64,000 nt of DNA. It comes from Sphingomonadaceae bacterium. Its GTDB lineage: Bacteria; Pseudomonadota; Alphaproteobacteria; Sphingomonadales; Sphingomonadaceae. A model generated the notes under the pieces. That model did not search any database, was not told where the DNA came from, and saw nothing but the letters and a program-made list of their open reading frames with translations. A program made the translations under genes and the position numbers. Location: the NCBI GenBank assembly GCA_965284665.1, contig OZ260108.1, positions 1,450,588 through 1,514,587 on the forward strand, given 5' to 3'. Position 1 is the first letter of the stretch. The number at the start of each line of letters is the position of its first letter. Below, piece by piece: positions 37,337 through 47,809 of this stretch.

Positions 37337-37377
37337 GCAAGAAGCCCCGGTTGGTCGCCCGGACTGGCTAACTTGCA

Positions 37378-37450
37378 ATGGTTAACAGGTGGTCAACCGG
37401 CGGGAACCCGGCTGGTCGCAGCGAGGAGGCAGGAATAACCCGCAATTAAC
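37378..37450. promoter_or_regulatory. CtrA-like boxes in the divergent mcp/cheA promoter
   Basis: TTAACCAT on the minus strand (37378-37385) and ATAA-N7-TTAAC (37435-37450). Confidence 0.6.
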
Positions 37451-37488
37451 TATCTTGCGCCATAGCCAGCGCCGGAGACTTGCGGCCC

Positions 37489-39756
37489 ATGGATGACCTG
37501 ATCACCGAATTCATCGCCGAAACGCGCGAGATGCTGCAGGCCCTCGAACGCGGGCTGGTGGCGTGGGAGCGCGATCCGGGCGACCGTGAGCAGCTGTCCG
37601 AGATCTTCCGCTTCGTCCACACGGTGAAGGGAAACTGCGGCTTTTTCGATCTGCCGCGGCTTGAGGCCCTGGCTCATGCGGCCGAAGATGCCCTGGGCGA
37701 TGTGCGGGCCGGCAAGCGCGCGATCGATAGCGGTCTGGTCAATGCGGTGCTCGCCGTGCTCGACCGGATCGGCGAGATGGTCGAAGCCATCGCGGCGGGA
37801 GAGGACATCTCTGGCTGCGATGACAGCGAGCTGATCGCGCGTCTCTCCGTGGTCGAACGCGAGGTTGTCGCGGCCCAGCCGGCGGCAACCCTGGCCAAGG
37901 CTGCACCGGCGCGCGAACCGTTCCGTTCGGTCCGCCTGCCGACCAGCCTGGTCGACCGGGTGATGAGCGGTGTGTCGGATATGATCCTGGTGCGCAACGA
38001 GCTGGAACGGCAATTGCGCCACAGCGATGGCGACGCGGCGCTGATCGCCAACTTCGGGCGGCTGTCCGCGCTGCTGTCGGAAATGCAGGCGGCGATGGCG
38101 CGGGTGCGGATGCAGCCGATCGGCACGCTGTTCGATGGCTATCAGCGGATGATCCGCGACCTGTCGGCCGAACTGGGCAAGGCGGTCGAGGTCGAGATCG
38201 AGAGCGGTCAGGTCGAGCTTGACCGCGAGATGATCGAGCTGCTGCGCGACCCACTGTTGCACGTGATCCGTAATGCGATCGATCACGGGATCGAGAGCCC
38301 GGCCGAGCGCCGGGACACCGGCAAGCGCAGCGCAGGTCGGCTGATGCTCTCGGCCCGGCAGACCGGCAACGAGATCCGCATTGCCATCCTCGATGACGGT
38401 CGCGGGATCGATGCCGACAAGGTTGTCGCGTGGGCCATCGAACGCGGGATTGTGGCGGCCGAGCAGGCCGCGCGGATGGACGCGGCCCAGAAGCTGATGC
38501 TGATCTGCGAGCCGGGTCTGTCAACTGCACGCGAGGTTACGGCAATCTCCGGCCGCGGCGTCGGCATGGACGTGGTTCGCGCCAGTATCGAGCGGATCGG
38601 AGGCAAGCTGCGGATTGTCAGCACGCCGGGTGAAGGCACGCGCTTCCTGCTTTACGTGCCGCTGACGCTCAGCATCGTCCCCTCGATCACGGTCGAGACG
38701 GGCGGACAGGTCTTTGCCCTGCCGCGGTCCTATGTCCGCGAGATCGTCCGCAATGGCCGCGACGTGGAAGTCGATCCGATCGGCAGCATGCGCCATGTCC
38801 GGGTGCGCGGCGAACTCTATCCGTGCCTGGGGCTGGGTGATCTGTTCGGCTTGCCATGCCAGACCGATCCAGAGCGGCAAGTGCTGGTGATGGTAACGAT
38901 GATCGATGGCTCGGTCTTCGCGCTTTGCGTCGATGACATCGCCGATCACTGCGATCTGGTGATCCGTCCCGTCGCTCCGCAGGTGATCGCCACCGGCCTC
39001 TATGTCGGCGTCGCTCAGCTCAACGATGGCAAACCCGCCCTGATGCTGGACCTGGTTGGACTGGCGCAGCTCGGGGGCATGGAGCTGGGGGGCATCGGCG
39101 CAGACAAGCAGCTCCGCATTGCCAACCAGCCGCAGGTCGCGGCGGAGGAGCGCGAGCTGACGCAGATGATTATCTTCCTGGGCCTCGACGGCATTCGCCG
39201 CGCCTTGCCGCTTGGTCAGGTTGAACGGCTGATCGAGGTTGCGGCTAGCGAGATCGGACAGGGCGGCGGGCAGGCCCATATCGTTTTCGAAGAGGCGATC
39301 GTGCCGCTGTATGGCCTTGAGGGCGCGCAGTCGCTCGAATCCTTCGATGTTCTGGTCCTGTCGGACGGCGGTGGTCGGCTGGCCTATGTCACTGCCGGGG
39401 CGGTCGACACCGCCGATATCGATCTGGCGACGGTCAGCCTGGCAACCGGCCGGAGCCTGGCATTGCTGGATGGGCAGTCGATCGAGCTGCTCGATCTGGC
39501 CAGCCTGGGCAGCGGCGCGCCGACCTGCCGACTGCCCGGAGACGATGCCTGGACTCGTGAGTTCCTGCGGCCGCTGGTCGAAAGTGCGGGCTACCGCGTC
39601 GTCGATGGCCCCGGCGCTGCCGACCTTGAGATCACCCGCGAAGCCGACGGGAGCGAGTGCCGGTTGATCGGGCCGAGCGGCGAAGTGGTCGCCAGCACCG
39701 ACGCGGCGGCTTTGCGCGCTGCGCTCCGGACCGCCGCCTTGCGGAGGGCATCATGA
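37489..39756 (+). CDS. cheA: Chemotaxis histidine kinase CheA
   Basis: Hpt HTVKG, HVIRNAIDHG, DDGRG, SGRGVGMDVV, CheW-like domains. Confidence 0.93.
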   Translation: MDDLITEFIAETREMLQALERGLVAWERDPGDREQLSEIFRFVHTVKGNCGFFDLPRLEALAHAAEDALGDVRAGKRAIDSGLVNAVLAVLDRIGEMVEAIAAGEDISGCDDSELIARLSVVEREVVAAQPAATLAKAAPAREPFRSVRLPTSLVDRVMSGVSDMILVRNELERQLRHSDGDAALIANFGRLSALLSEMQAAMARVRMQPIGTLFDGYQRMIRDLSAELGKAVEVEIESGQVELDREMIELLRDPLLHVIRNAIDHGIESPAERRDTGKRSAGRLMLSARQTGNEIRIAILDDGRGIDADKVVAWAIERGIVAAEQAARMDAAQKLMLICEPGLSTAREVTAISGRGVGMDVVRASIERIGGKLRIVSTPGEGTRFLLYVPLTLSIVPSITVETGGQVFALPRSYVREIVRNGRDVEVDPIGSMRHVRVRGELYPCLGLGDLFGLPCQTDPERQVLVMVTMIDGSVFALCVDDIADHCDLVIRPVAPQVIATGLYVGVAQLNDGKPALMLDLVGLAQLGGMELGGIGADKQLRIANQPQVAAEERELTQMIIFLGLDGIRRALPLGQVERLIEVAASEIGQGGGQAHIVFEEAIVPLYGLEGAQSLESFDVLVLSDGGGRLAYVTAGAVDTADIDLATVSLATGRSLALLDGQSIELLDLASLGSGAPTCRLPGDDAWTREFLRPLVESAGYRVVDGPGAADLEITREADGSECRLIGPSGEVVASTDAAALRAALRTAALRRAS

Positions 39757-40187
39757 ACAATGACCTGTTGATTGCCCGGGTTGCCGGGGAACGCATCGCC
39801 ATGGCCGCGACCGAGGTCCAGTCGGTGATCGAACTGGGCGAGATCGTGCCGGTGCCATTGGCGCCGCAACTGGTTGCAGGCCTCGCCACGCAGCGCAGCC
39901 GCACGCTGACGGTGATAGACGTAGCCAAGGCGCTTGAGCTTCCGGTGTGCGGCGGCAATGCCCGCTTCGCCGTGGTAGTCGAGATCGAAGGGGTAGGTTA
40001 CGCCCTGGCCGTGGAAGCGGTCGAAAATGTCATTTCGGCGCAGGGCGAGGTCCAGCCGGTCAAGGTAAAGTTGGCACCTGGCTGGGCTCGCAGCGCGGTC
40101 GGCATGGTCGATACCGTCATCGGCACAGTCCTGCTGGTCGATCTGACCCGGCTGGTCGGTGGCGAAGTCCAGCAGAAGGCAGCTTGA
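39753..40187 (+). CDS. cheW: Chemotaxis protein CheW
   Basis: VQSVIE..IVPVPLAP..VAGL..QRS..LTVID. Confidence 0.88.
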   Translation: MNNDLLIARVAGERIAMAATEVQSVIELGEIVPVPLAPQLVAGLATQRSRTLTVIDVAKALELPVCGGNARFAVVVEIEGVGYALAVEAVENVISAQGEVQPVKVKLAPGWARSAVGMVDTVIGTVLLVDLTRLVGGEVQQKAA

Positions 40188-40237
40188 CGATGAACGCAGT
40201 AACCGGTCCCTTGTCGGGCCAACCCGTGGAGAGTGGC

Positions 40238-40612
40238 ATGACCGGTCTGACTTGTCTGATCGTAGAGGATTCGCGCGTCATTCGGCGCGTCTCGCGTCAT
40301 ATCGTTGAGAGCCTGGGCATGACCGCGCTGGAGGCCGAGGACGGTGTCCAGGCGCTGGCAGCCTGCGATCAGGCGATGCCTGACCTGATCCTGCTCGACT
40401 GGAACATGCCGGTGATGGATGGCCTGGAATTCTTGCGCGCCTTGCGTGCTCGGCCTGATGGCGCCGGGCCGAAGGTGGTGTTCTGCACCACCGAATATGA
40501 GGCAGGCCATATCCGCGAGGCTATCGCCGCTGGCGCTGACGAATATGTCATGAAGCCGTTCGATCACGAGACCCTGCTGCTTAAGCTGCAACTGATCGGG
40601 ATCCTGCCGTGA
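40238..40612 (+). CDS. cheY: CheY-like response regulator
   Basis: LIVEDS, LLDWNMP, FCTT, MKPF; RBS GGAGAG before ATG 40238 (alternative start 40190). Confidence 0.88.
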   Translation: MTGLTCLIVEDSRVIRRVSRHIVESLGMTALEAEDGVQALAACDQAMPDLILLDWNMPVMDGLEFLRALRARPDGAGPKVVFCTTEYEAGHIREAIAAGADEYVMKPFDHETLLLKLQLIGILP

Positions 40613-41709
40613 ACATGATTGCCCCGCGGCATGACCCCGGTGGCAGCACTCAATCCGGCCCGGCGTCCGGCGTGATCCGGGTCTTCGTTATCGATGATTC
40701 GAGTGTCGTCCGCGCGATCCTGACACGGCTGGTGGAAGATGCGCCCGGGTTGGCACTGGCCGGCACGGCTGCCTCGGCCGAGGCAGCGCTGGAGCAACTT
40801 GCGACTCTCCCAGTCGATGTTGTCCTGCTGGATCTGGAAATGCCGGGCATGGGCGGGATGCGGGCCCTGCCGGAGATCATCCGGCGGTCGGCCCAGGCCC
40901 GGGTCATGGTGGTTTCCAGCCTTACCAGTGAAGGGGCGGAGCATACTGTTCAGGCCCTGGCCCTGGGCGCGGCCGACGCCCTGCTCAAGCCGGGTGCCGG
41001 CGGCTTTGACCAGGCCTATCGCGAGCGACTGATCGACCGGATCATGAGTCTGGGCGGGCACCGCGCTGTTACTACGGGGCCAAGGCTTCGTGCTGCGGCC
41101 GTAACGCCGGCGCGCCGCGCGCAGTGTGCGACGCGGCCGCAGGTGCTGGCCATCGGCGCCTCGACCGGGGGGATCCACGCGACGGGTCAGTTGCTGGGCG
41201 CGCTGCCAGCCTCGCTTGGCATACCGATCATCATTACACAGCATCTGCCGACCGAGTTCAGCCAGCCTTATGCCCGCCAGCTGCGCGAGCTTTCGGGGCG
41301 CGAGGTTGTGCTCGCACAGGATGGCGACGCGCTACGTGCTGACTGCATTCATCTTGCCCCCGGCGATGCCCATCTGACCGTGGTTCGCCGCGGCGAGGCC
41401 GTGATCATTCGCCTTGACCGTCAGGCGGCATCAAGCGGGTGCATGCCGTCGGTCGATCCGATGTTTTCTGCTTTGGCTAAGGTTTATGGTGCCGGCGTGT
41501 TGGGCATCGTGCTGACCGGCATGGGGCGCGACGGCACCGAAGGGGCGCGGCGCCTGGTCGATGCCGGCGGCAATGTCCTGGTTCAGGATGAGGCGAGTTC
41601 CGCCGTCTGGGGTATGCCCGGATCAATTGCGCGCGCCGGGCTGGCCGCTGCGGCACTGCCGCCGCGCGATCTGGCGCTGCGCATCGCTGCTTCGCTGGGC
41701 CGGGGCTGA
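40609..41709 (+). CDS. cheB: Chemotaxis methylesterase CheB
   Basis: Receiver (IDDS, LDLEMP) plus GASTGG, TQH, PSVD, LTGMGRDG. Confidence 0.94.
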   Translation: MNMIAPRHDPGGSTQSGPASGVIRVFVIDDSSVVRAILTRLVEDAPGLALAGTAASAEAALEQLATLPVDVVLLDLEMPGMGGMRALPEIIRRSAQARVMVVSSLTSEGAEHTVQALALGAADALLKPGAGGFDQAYRERLIDRIMSLGGHRAVTTGPRLRAAAVTPARRAQCATRPQVLAIGASTGGIHATGQLLGALPASLGIPIIITQHLPTEFSQPYARQLRELSGREVVLAQDGDALRADCIHLAPGDAHLTVVRRGEAVIIRLDRQAASSGCMPSVDPMFSALAKVYGAGVLGIVLTGMGRDGTEGARRLVDAGGNVLVQDEASSAVWGMPGSIARAGLAAAALPPRDLALRIAASLGRG

Positions 41710-41716
41710 ACAAGGG

Positions 41717-42559
41717 GTGGAACAGGCGATCCATCAACACGCGATCGGCATCATCGCCAGATTGCTGCGCGACCGGACTGGCCAGGTGATCAGCGATGAT
41801 CGTCGTTGGCGGATCGATCGCGCGATCGAAATGGTGCTGCGTCAGCGCGGCGTCAATGGCAGCACGGATATCCTGACCCTCCTCACGCAGCCTGATGCGG
41901 CGGCGGTCGAGCGCGATCTGATCGAGGCCATGCTCAACAACGAGACCTACTTCTTCCGTGACCGGCAGGTCTTCACGCAGATCGCCGGAGCGGTTCTGCC
42001 CGCGCTGTGCCGCGCCCGTGGAGGCGAGCGCACCCTGCGAATCTGGTCAGCCGGCTGCTCGACCGGGCAGGAGCCACTGTCGCTGGCGATCATGCTGATC
42101 GAGCAGGGACTGACGCCCGGAAACGGCTGGGCGGTGGATCTGGTCGCGACCGATGTGTCCGCTGCGGCAATCGAGACGGCCCGGGCGGGATGCTACTCAC
42201 GCTTCGAGATCCAGCGCGGTCTGGGAGTGGGGCAGATGCTGCGCCATTTCGAGGAAACGCCCGATGGCTGGCAGGCTTCGCGCCAGCTGCTGGGCATGGT
42301 CCGTTATCAAGTGTCGAACCTGCTGGATGGGCCGCCGCCCGGCCCGCCATTCGACCTGATCCTGTGCCGCAACCTGATGATCTACTTCGACGATCAGGCC
42401 AAACGTCTGGCCTGCACGCAACTGCGTCAGGCGCTGGCGCCACATGGCCGGCTGCTGCTCGGCCGGGGCGAGGGGACGCTTGATCCGGGGAGCGGGCTGG
42501 TGGCGGCCGCGCATAATTGTGCGCTTTACCGCCCAGCCAGTGGGGCGATTGCCGCCTGA
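41717..42559 (+). CDS. cheR: Chemotaxis methyltransferase CheR
   Basis: NNETYFFRD, RIWSAGCSTGQEP, FDLILCRN; GTG start 41717. Confidence 0.93.
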   Translation: MEQAIHQHAIGIIARLLRDRTGQVISDDRRWRIDRAIEMVLRQRGVNGSTDILTLLTQPDAAAVERDLIEAMLNNETYFFRDRQVFTQIAGAVLPALCRARGGERTLRIWSAGCSTGQEPLSLAIMLIEQGLTPGNGWAVDLVATDVSAAAIETARAGCYSRFEIQRGLGVGQMLRHFEETPDGWQASRQLLGMVRYQVSNLLDGPPPGPPFDLILCRNLMIYFDDQAKRLACTQLRQALAPHGRLLLGRGEGTLDPGSGLVAAAHNCALYRPASGAIAA

Positions 42560-42572
42560 CGCGGGCGTCTGG

Positions 42573-42588
42573 TTAGCCCGATCTTAAC
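42573..42588 (+). promoter_or_regulatory. CtrA-like box upstream of the GGDEF-EAL gene
   Basis: TTAG-cccgatc-TTAAC (TTAA-N7-TTAA with one mismatch). Confidence 0.55.
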
Positions 42589-42631
42589 GCTAAACACCTA
42601 AGGTGCTCCGGAACGATCCGGGGACCAAGCC

Positions 42632-44170
42632 TTGCGCAGGATTACCGAAATTGCAGTTTCGACGCGTCTGGCGCTGCTATTTGGTGCGCCGGTTGCGATC
42701 TTGCTGGCAATGCTGCTGGCGGACCGAAGCGGCATTTTGACCGTGGCCGGGCGCGATGCGATCCTGCTGGGCGGGATTGTACTGTATGCTGTGGCCGCGG
42801 CTGCCTTTGTCTGGCACGAGTGGCGCAGCCGCCTTCAGCTTGAGCGGCTTGCGCTGAGTGATGCCTTGTGCGGCTTGCCCAATCGCCGCGCGCTTCATGC
42901 TGACAGCCAAGGTGCAGTGGCCCCAGGCAGCGAGCTGGCGGTGGCCCTGCTCGACCTAGATGGGTTCAAGCTGATCAACGATTTCTATGGCCATTCGGTC
43001 GGCGATCGGACCATCAAGGCTTTCGCTGCGCTGCTTACCGAGCTGTGCGGCGACAGTGCCCGCCCCTATCGCCTGGGTGGCGATGAATTCGCGATTGTTG
43101 CCTCCGGACCGCTTGCGGGCAACATCCTTGAGGGCGTCTGCCGGCGGCTGCTGGCGCGGCTTGAGAGTCCTCTGATGGTCGAGGACCGGGCTATCGGGCT
43201 GGGTGCCAGCGTCGGTCTGGCCCGGGCCCAGGCCGGCGAAGGGGCGACCTCGTCCATGCTCTTGCGCCAGGCCGACGTGGCAACTGGCGTGGCCAAGCTG
43301 CGCGGCAAGGGGCGACTTACCTGGTTCAACGACGAGTTCGACCGCGATCGCGCCGCGCTGCAGGCCATCGATCTCGATCTGCGCGCCGCGCTGGCCCGCG
43401 AAGAATTGCAGGTCCACTACCAGCCGCTGATCGACAGCGCCACCGGGCGGGTCTGCGCGGTCGAGGCGCTGCTGCGCTGGGAGCGACCGGATGGCCAGAA
43501 AGTCGGCCCGGACAAGTTCATTCCGGTGGCCGAGGAGACCGGTCTGATTGAGGCGATCGGCTTGTGGGTCCTGCGCCGGGCTTGCCGTGATGCGCGCGAA
43601 TGGGACGGGATCAAGGTTTCGGTCAATGTCTCGGTCGCCCAACTGCGCAACACCCAGTTTCCGCTGCAATTGGGCCAGATCCTGGAAGAGACCGGTTTTC
43701 CGCCCGAGCGGCTGGAGCTGGAATTGACCGAGACTTTCCTGGTCGGCGATCCGCAGATTGCGGGCCGCAACCTTGAAATGCTCCGCGATTTCGGCGTGGG
43801 CATCGTTCTGGACGATTACGGCACCGGCTATGCCTCGATCGGCTTCCTACGCCGCTTCCGCTTTGAAAAGCTCAAGCTCGACCGCTCGCTGATTGTCGAT
43901 GCTGCCGATGATGCAGCGACGCGGACCGTCATGTCATCGAGCGTAACCATGGCCAAGGCCCTGGGCATGCAGGTCACTGCCGAGGGGATCGAAACCGAGA
44001 TCCAGGCCAACATGGCCCGCTCTGCCGGCTGCGACCAGATGCAGGGCTGGCTCTATTCGAAGGCCGTGCCTGCTGCCGAGCTGGAGCGGCAACTGGCTGC
44101 TCAGAACGAACAACTTGCCAAGATTGAACATCTTCCCCTGCGGCCGGATGCCGCGAAGAAGCTAGGATGA
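42632..44170 (+). CDS. Membrane-anchored diguanylate cyclase/phosphodiesterase (GGDEF-EAL)
   Basis: Two N-terminal TMs, LDLDGFK, RLGGDEF, EALLRW, DDYGTGY, KLDRS, AEGIE. Confidence 0.94.
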   Translation: MRRITEIAVSTRLALLFGAPVAILLAMLLADRSGILTVAGRDAILLGGIVLYAVAAAAFVWHEWRSRLQLERLALSDALCGLPNRRALHADSQGAVAPGSELAVALLDLDGFKLINDFYGHSVGDRTIKAFAALLTELCGDSARPYRLGGDEFAIVASGPLAGNILEGVCRRLLARLESPLMVEDRAIGLGASVGLARAQAGEGATSSMLLRQADVATGVAKLRGKGRLTWFNDEFDRDRAALQAIDLDLRAALAREELQVHYQPLIDSATGRVCAVEALLRWERPDGQKVGPDKFIPVAEETGLIEAIGLWVLRRACRDAREWDGIKVSVNVSVAQLRNTQFPLQLGQILEETGFPPERLELELTETFLVGDPQIAGRNLEMLRDFGVGIVLDDYGTGYASIGFLRRFRFEKLKLDRSLIVDAADDAATRTVMSSSVTMAKALGMQVTAEGIETEIQANMARSAGCDQMQGWLYSKAVPAAELERQLAAQNEQLAKIEHLPLRPDAAKKLG

Positions 44171-45444
44171 GTGACATGTCTGCCAATTCCAGTGCCATGA
44201 GCTGGTTTGTCAATCTCACTGTAGCGGCAAAGCTGCGGGTCCTGATCATCGCCTCGAACATTGTGACGGTGATCGTCGGCGGTGTTTGCGCCGGCACCTT
44301 GGTGGCGATGGGAGCGCACTGGGGCGTGATCGCGCTGCCGCTGACCGTTGCTGGCTTGAGCGTGATCTATGGCTTCAGCATGGGCAAGTATGTTGCACAG
44401 AACGTCATCAAGCCGTTTGAGGACCTTACCGACGGGATGAACAAGATCGCCGACGGCATCTATGACCTCGAGGTGCGTCATACCGAGCGCGAGGACGAGA
44501 TCGGCCAGATGTGCCGATCGCTGGAAAAGGCCAAGAAGGCATCATTCCTGCTCAAGGAATTGCGTGAGGATGGGCAGCGCCAGAAGGAACTGCATGATCG
44601 CCAGCTGGCCGAATTGGCGGCCCGCTTCGAGCGCCAGATCAGCGATATCGTCAACGGTGTCGCCGCTGCGTCCTCGCAGCTCGAATCGACGGCGACAGCC
44701 ATGGCCGAGACGGCCGAAGTATCGGCCAGCCAGTCCGGCACCGTGGCCGAGGCCATGGACAGCGCCGCCGCCGGTGTGACTGCTGCGGCTGCCGCCACAG
44801 ACGAGTTCTCGCTGTCGATCAATGAAATCAGCCGCCAGGCCTCCGGCTCGGCCGAACTGGCGCGCAAGGCAGCCGAATCAACCCGCCATGCCGATGCCAC
44901 GATTGGCGCGTTGGCCGATTCCGCTGCCGAAGTTGGGCAGATCGTCGAGCTGATCTCGTCGATCGCGCAGCGCACCAACCTGCTGGCGCTCAATGCCTCG
45001 ATCGAGGCGGCGCGCGGTGGTGAGGCCGGGCGCGGCTTTGCGGTGGTTGCGGCCGAAGTGAAGGAACTGGCCGCCCAGACCGCCAAGGCGACCGAACGCG
45101 TCGCGGTCCAGATCCAGAAGATCCAGGAAGATACCGGCAGCAGCGTCACCTCGCTCAAGGCGATCGCCCGCCAGATCAGCGATCTTGAAGTGACTTCGGT
45201 CTCGATCGCCGCAGCGGTTGATCAACAGTCTGCTGCTGGCAAGGATCTGGCGCGCAGCATCGATCTGGCCGCGCGCAGCACTGAACGGGTCTCGACATCG
45301 ATTAGCCAGGTCCGGACCGGTTCGATTGCGACCGGCGCGGCAGCGGCCCAGGTGCTCACCTCGTCCAGCGAGCTCAAGCACCAGTCGGCCGCTCTGCGCA
45401 GCCAGGTTGATGATTTCCTCAATCACGTGCGCAAGGCAGCCTGA
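44167..45444 (+). CDS. Methyl-accepting chemotaxis protein (2 TM + HAMP, no periplasmic domain)
   Basis: TM hairpin, [48 protein letters not shown]. Confidence 0.93.
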   Translation: MSDMSANSSAMSWFVNLTVAAKLRVLIIASNIVTVIVGGVCAGTLVAMGAHWGVIALPLTVAGLSVIYGFSMGKYVAQNVIKPFEDLTDGMNKIADGIYDLEVRHTEREDEIGQMCRSLEKAKKASFLLKELREDGQRQKELHDRQLAELAARFERQISDIVNGVAAASSQLESTATAMAETAEVSASQSGTVAEAMDSAAAGVTAAAAATDEFSLSINEISRQASGSAELARKAAESTRHADATIGALADSAAEVGQIVELISSIAQRTNLLALNASIEAARGGEAGRGFAVVAAEVKELAAQTAKATERVAVQIQKIQEDTGSSVTSLKAIARQISDLEVTSVSIAAAVDQQSAAGKDLARSIDLAARSTERVSTSISQVRTGSIATGAAAAQVLTSSSELKHQSAALRSQVDDFLNHVRKAA

Positions 45445-45481
45445 GGCCATCTCCCGATCGTGATCCAGCGGTTTGGGGGAG

Positions 45482-45557
45482 TGGTGCCCGGAGGCGGATT
45501 CGAACCACCGACACGCGGATTTTCAATCCGCTGCTCTACCAACTGAGCTATCCGGGC
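45482..45557 (-). tRNA. tRNA-Phe (GAA)
   Basis: Reverse complement GCCCGGATAGCTCAGTTGGTAGAGCAGCGGATTGAAAATCCGCGTGTCGGTGGTTCGAATCCGCCTCCGGGCACCA; cloverleaf, anticodon GAA, encoded CCA. Confidence 0.97.
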
Positions 45558-45605
45558 AACGCATCCTGAAGTGACCATGGTGGCCGCTTCGCGTCAGGAA
45601 GCGCG

Positions 45606-45634
45606 CCTATGGCGAAGCGAAGGCTGCTTGGCAA
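45606..45634 (-). promoter_or_regulatory. sigma70-type promoter for tRNA-Phe
   Basis: TTGCCA-N17-CATAGG followed by a GC-rich discriminator GCGCGC. Confidence 0.5.
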
Positions 45635-45641
45635 GAGCCTT

Positions 45642-45812
45642 TCAGGCCTTTCCTTCTTCCTCGTCGAGCGCGGGCGGGCCGGGCAGGGCATAGCCATCCT
45701 GCAGCCATTGCAGCAGATCCCGGTCCTTGCAGCGGGTCGAGCAGAACGGCGCGTGTTCAGCGCTGCGGGGCTTGCCACAAACAGGACACTTGCGGACGGT
45801 CGAGTTGGTCAT
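45642..45812 (-). CDS. yacG: DNA gyrase inhibitor YacG
   Basis: CPVCGK...[16 protein letters not shown] zinc-finger motif; start ATG 45812. Confidence 0.92.
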   Translation of the reverse strand: MTNSTVRKCPVCGKPRSAEHAPFCSTRCKDRDLLQWLQDGYALPGPPALDEEEGKA

Positions 45813-46759
45813 GCTTGCAGCGCCTGGGCGAAACCACCGTCCAGTGCAAGAGCGGCATCTTCGTGCCAGCGGACCCGGCGCCCGGTCCGGCGTGCCAGTT
45901 CGGCCTCCCAATCGGCAGTCACGGCAGCGCGCACCGCCGGGTGGGCTGTTACCAGCAGTTCAGAGCCAGGTTCGGCCACGCGCTCAGCCCGGCGCAGCAG
46001 CATCCGTGCCGCTGCGCTCGACCGGTTGAAGGTAAGCCGGTGCAAAAGGGAAGGACGCTCAAGCCGGGCAACCAGCTGGACCAGGCCAAAGCCGTTCATC
46101 GCCGTGCGCTCATGCGGCCAGCCGGATAGCGCAGCACCGAGCGCGGCATCGACAGCCTGACGATCGGCCTTGTCCGACAGGGTGGGAAAATCGATCGTGA
46201 TCGATCCGGCCAGGTCCATGCGGCGAATGGCGCTGGCGAGCGCTGGCACAGCGGCAAGGGCCAGCGCTCGGGCCGGCAGGTCACCATCGATGTCGATCAC
46301 GGTCATGGCCGGAGTGGGGGTGACCGTAAGGCTGCCGCCGGCAAAGGCCACTGCGCCATGCCAGGCTTCATCCCAGACCTCTTGCCAGAGCCCATCCGGA
46401 AAACCTGGGACCGTCCTGCCGTCCGGCCCGAGCGCGGGGCAGGGGACATCCTTGGTTGGCCGGGCCTGGGCGCGCTTCAGCCGCCCGGCCTCGGCCATGG
46501 CGGCACGCAGCACCTTGAGGCGGATCGGGGCACCTTCGCGCGCATCCTGCGGCAGCTGATCAACCAAGGCTTCCTCTCCGCTCGCAAAGCGGGCGGTGCC
46601 GCGTCGCGATCCCGTAGCGCGAGCGATCAGCACGGCATCCTCTACCTGGCCAGACGCCAGCGATCCGGGCCAGTCGAGCCGCGCGGCCAGCACGTGATCG
46701 GCCTCGACCAGGATTGCACGGGTCTCGCCAATCCCGCGCTCGATCAGCCATTCAGCCAA
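45809..46759 (-). CDS. Short ribonuclease E/G family protein
   Basis: [31 protein letters not shown]; between maf and yacG. Confidence 0.8.
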   Translation of the reverse strand: MAEWLIERGIGETRAILVEADHVLAARLDWPGSLASGQVEDAVLIARATGSRRGTARFASGEEALVDQLPQDAREGAPIRLKVLRAAMAEAGRLKRAQARPTKDVPCPALGPDGRTVPGFPDGLWQEVWDEAWHGAVAFAGGSLTVTPTPAMTVIDIDGDLPARALALAAVPALASAIRRMDLAGSITIDFPTLSDKADRQAVDAALGAALSGWPHERTAMNGFGLVQLVARLERPSLLHRLTFNRSSAAARMLLRRAERVAEPGSELLVTAHPAVRAAVTADWEAELARRTGRRVRWHEDAALALDGGFAQALQA

Positions 46760-47330
46760 GGGGATAGCCCGCCGAGCGCAGCAAGGCGCGGGTTTCGAAC
46801 AGTGGCAGACCGATAACGCCGGAGTGGCTACCCGAAACGAACCGGATCAGTGCTTCGGCCCGGCCCTGGATCGCATAGCCGCCGGCCTTGCCGAGCCCTT
46901 CGCCGCTGGCGACGTAGGCGTCGATCTCGTCAGCCGACAATCGCTTGAAGGCGACGACGGTTTCGACGGTGCGGGTCCGCTGCACGCCAGCCCGGTCGAT
47001 CACGCAGATTGCGGAGATGCACTGGTGGCGGCGGCCAGAGAGGAGGGCCAGCAACTCGCGCTGCACCGTCTCGTCATCGGCAGGTGGAAGGATGCGGCGG
47101 CCGAGCGCGACCGTGGTGTCGCCCGCCAGGACAATCTCGTCTGTTCCCCGCACAACGGCCGCAGCCTTGGCCTGGGCCAGGCGCAGCGCATATGCACGCG
47201 GCAATTCGCCCTTCAGCGGTGTTTCATCGATGTCTGGGCTGGCAATCCGGCTGGGGACAGCGCCGATCCGGGCGAGCAGGTCGCGCCGACGCGGCGATGA
47301 TGAGGCCAGGACCAGTTGCGGAGCGGTCAC
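46752..47330 (-). CDS. maf: Maf family nucleoside triphosphate pyrophosphatase
   Basis: [35 protein letters not shown]. Confidence 0.94.
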   Translation of the reverse strand: MTAPQLVLASSSPRRRDLLARIGAVPSRIASPDIDETPLKGELPRAYALRLAQAKAAAVVRGTDEIVLAGDTTVALGRRILPPADDETVQRELLALLSGRRHQCISAICVIDRAGVQRTRTVETVVAFKRLSADEIDAYVASGEGLGKAGGYAIQGRAEALIRFVSGSHSGVIGLPLFETRALLRSAGYPLG

Positions 47331-47339
47331 CCGCAGGGC

Positions 47340-47588
47340 TTAGCCAAACTGGCCAGGGCCGCCGCGGCCGGGCATGAAGCGGTAGGTAATGCGACCCTTG
47401 GTCAGGTCATAAGGCGTCAGTTCGACCAGTACCTCATCGCCCACCAGCACACGGATGCGGTTCTTGCGCATCTTGCCGGCGGTGTGGCCGAGAATCTCGT
47501 GATCATTTTCCAGGCGGACGCGGAACATCGCGTTCGGCAGTAGTTCCACTACCGTCCCGCGCATTTCGAGGAGTTCTTCTTTCGCCAT
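47340..47588 (-). CDS. infA: Translation initiation factor IF-1
   Basis: [24 protein letters not shown]...[14 protein letters not shown]...[10 protein letters not shown]. Confidence 0.98.
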   Translation of the reverse strand: MAKEELLEMRGTVVELLPNAMFRVRLENDHEILGHTAGKMRKNRIRVLVGDEVLVELTPYDLTKGRITYRFMPGRGGPGQFG

Positions 47589-47809
47589 CCGGGCCTAGAT
47601 TCCGTTGTTGTTCGCCGACAATGCGGCGCGCCATAGCGACGGAAGGTTAAAAAGGAAAGCCTTCGGCGCTGGTCCCGTCGTGATGGCAGTTCGTCGACTT
47701 GCGACATTATGTTACCTTAGAACGTCTTGCCATCGCCGTGACGACAGACCATTTGCGCAGCCGGGTAGGGGATACCAGATCGTAATTGTTGAGCGATCAC
47801 GGAGTATTA

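Noticed and set aside
35933-45557. Genomic island integrated at tRNA-Phe
   Set aside because: No integrase, no second copy of the tRNA 3' end seen in the window, and the adjacent che genes look native (CtrA-like boxes).
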